Made by a program: the position numbers and the translations under genes. Below the pieces are notes generated by a model. It saw only the letters and a program-made list of their open reading frames with translations, made no database searches and had not been told where the DNA came from. Shown in pieces: positions 62,970 to 64,000 of a stretch of DNA of 64,000 bases (position 1 is its first letter; every line of letters begins with the position of its first letter). The stretch covers positions 54,746,001 through 54,810,000 of the forward strand of contig NW_026262581.1 of the NCBI RefSeq assembly GCF_021869535.1, in the 5' to 3' direction. This DNA comes from Mytilus californianus (taxonomy: Eukaryota).

Positions 62970-64000
62970 ATTGATGATATAAGTTATGATATTTCATTCA
63001 TTGTTTGAAACATTATATACTCGGGAACATAGAACACCCGGCTTATTTTTAGTAATCGTCAATTGACTGAAATCTAATAAGATAAATCTCTCATGAATAT
63101 CTATGTATCCTACCGGAGTCTGTAATCGGTCATTATGTCAGTTCGGTCAGACTTTTTTATTATGCTTATCGCGTGAATAAACACCGCCATTGACGTCACT
63201 ACGCTAGTACAAACGTATACAATTAGTGCAGAATACGTTTTTTCAACATTTCTAAATAAAATGAGATTTCTAAAGATATGTTTTCAGTATTATTCTTAAA
63301 TATTGTAAAAAGATGCAGATTTGCTTATGGCCATTTGAAACTTGACTTTCGAATGCCTAAAAAACATTTCAGAACTTCAGAAAACCCCTCGTTCGGCCTC
63401 CATCGCTTTGTTTACATTCCATTACACACAAGTGGTTAAATTTGTTTATAAAATAATTTTATTCATATTCAGAAATTTATATATCTGATTTGAAACATGC
63501 AACATTATTGAGTACTTATATTTAGAAGTTATATTCCTACAAATATATAGCATGCATTGCCAAATTGGGCACTATGTGATAGCATTGGGTACATTTGTAA
63601 AATACTTACTTTCTTCTAAGGAAGTTCCATAGGTAGTGAGAAGAGGTGGCAACTTTCATAGTGTACATTATTAGAGTTTTGATGATTATAGATGCTAATT
63701 TGTTTGTTTCTATAATTAATATGTGTTATATATATTTTTCTTGGGTTAATTTTGGTATTTACTGGTATATGAACATGCTTCCCAACCTCAGTATTTTATC
63801 TATTTAAAAAAAAACTTTTGGTTCCGTGTAAAGAGATCAATACACTGAAGATTTAACATTCATAAAACTTCCATTGCTGTCAAATTTCGTGGTACATAAT
63901 GAGGTTTCTGGTTGAATAAACCCCTAAATTTAATTGCAAAAAATTTCAAAGCACTATCATACAAACAAATAACATAACTGCCTCAGACTGAAAATTCCTC

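Overview
Strongly AT-rich eukaryotic DNA, not prokaryotic. The repeat content looks most like a bivalve mollusc such as Mytilus (inference). The window is almost entirely transposable elements, intact or decayed. No rRNA, tRNA gene, CRISPR array or complete host gene was found. Two items stand out. (1) Two adjacent, diverged minus-strand Ty3/Gypsy LTR retrotransposons (46.9-60.2 kb) each carry an accessory ORF just inside the 3' LTR; in copy 1 it lies after integrase, while copy 2 has lost integrase. Hand reconstruction gives a putative C2HC zinc finger, a charged region, an S/T/P linker and a KCTD/potassium-channel-T1-type BTB/POZ domain. Two conserved blocks show mostly synonymous differences between the copies. 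(2) A TTAA-flanked, TIR-bounded piggyBac (10882-17288) has a DDD transposase split by three spliceosomal introns. It is one missing G short of an open 537-aa frame, and other repeats are nested in its introns. Also present: Penelope-like elements (one with an N-terminal GIY-YIG), a 4.7-kb Kolobok-like non-autonomous element, many Helentron/DINE-1-like elements carrying tandem arrays, a young SINE-like family with TSDs, long hairpin elements, THAP, SAP and KolX-like remnants, and an unidentified ~2-kb decayed ORF. All translations and alignments were done by eye; no database searches were run.
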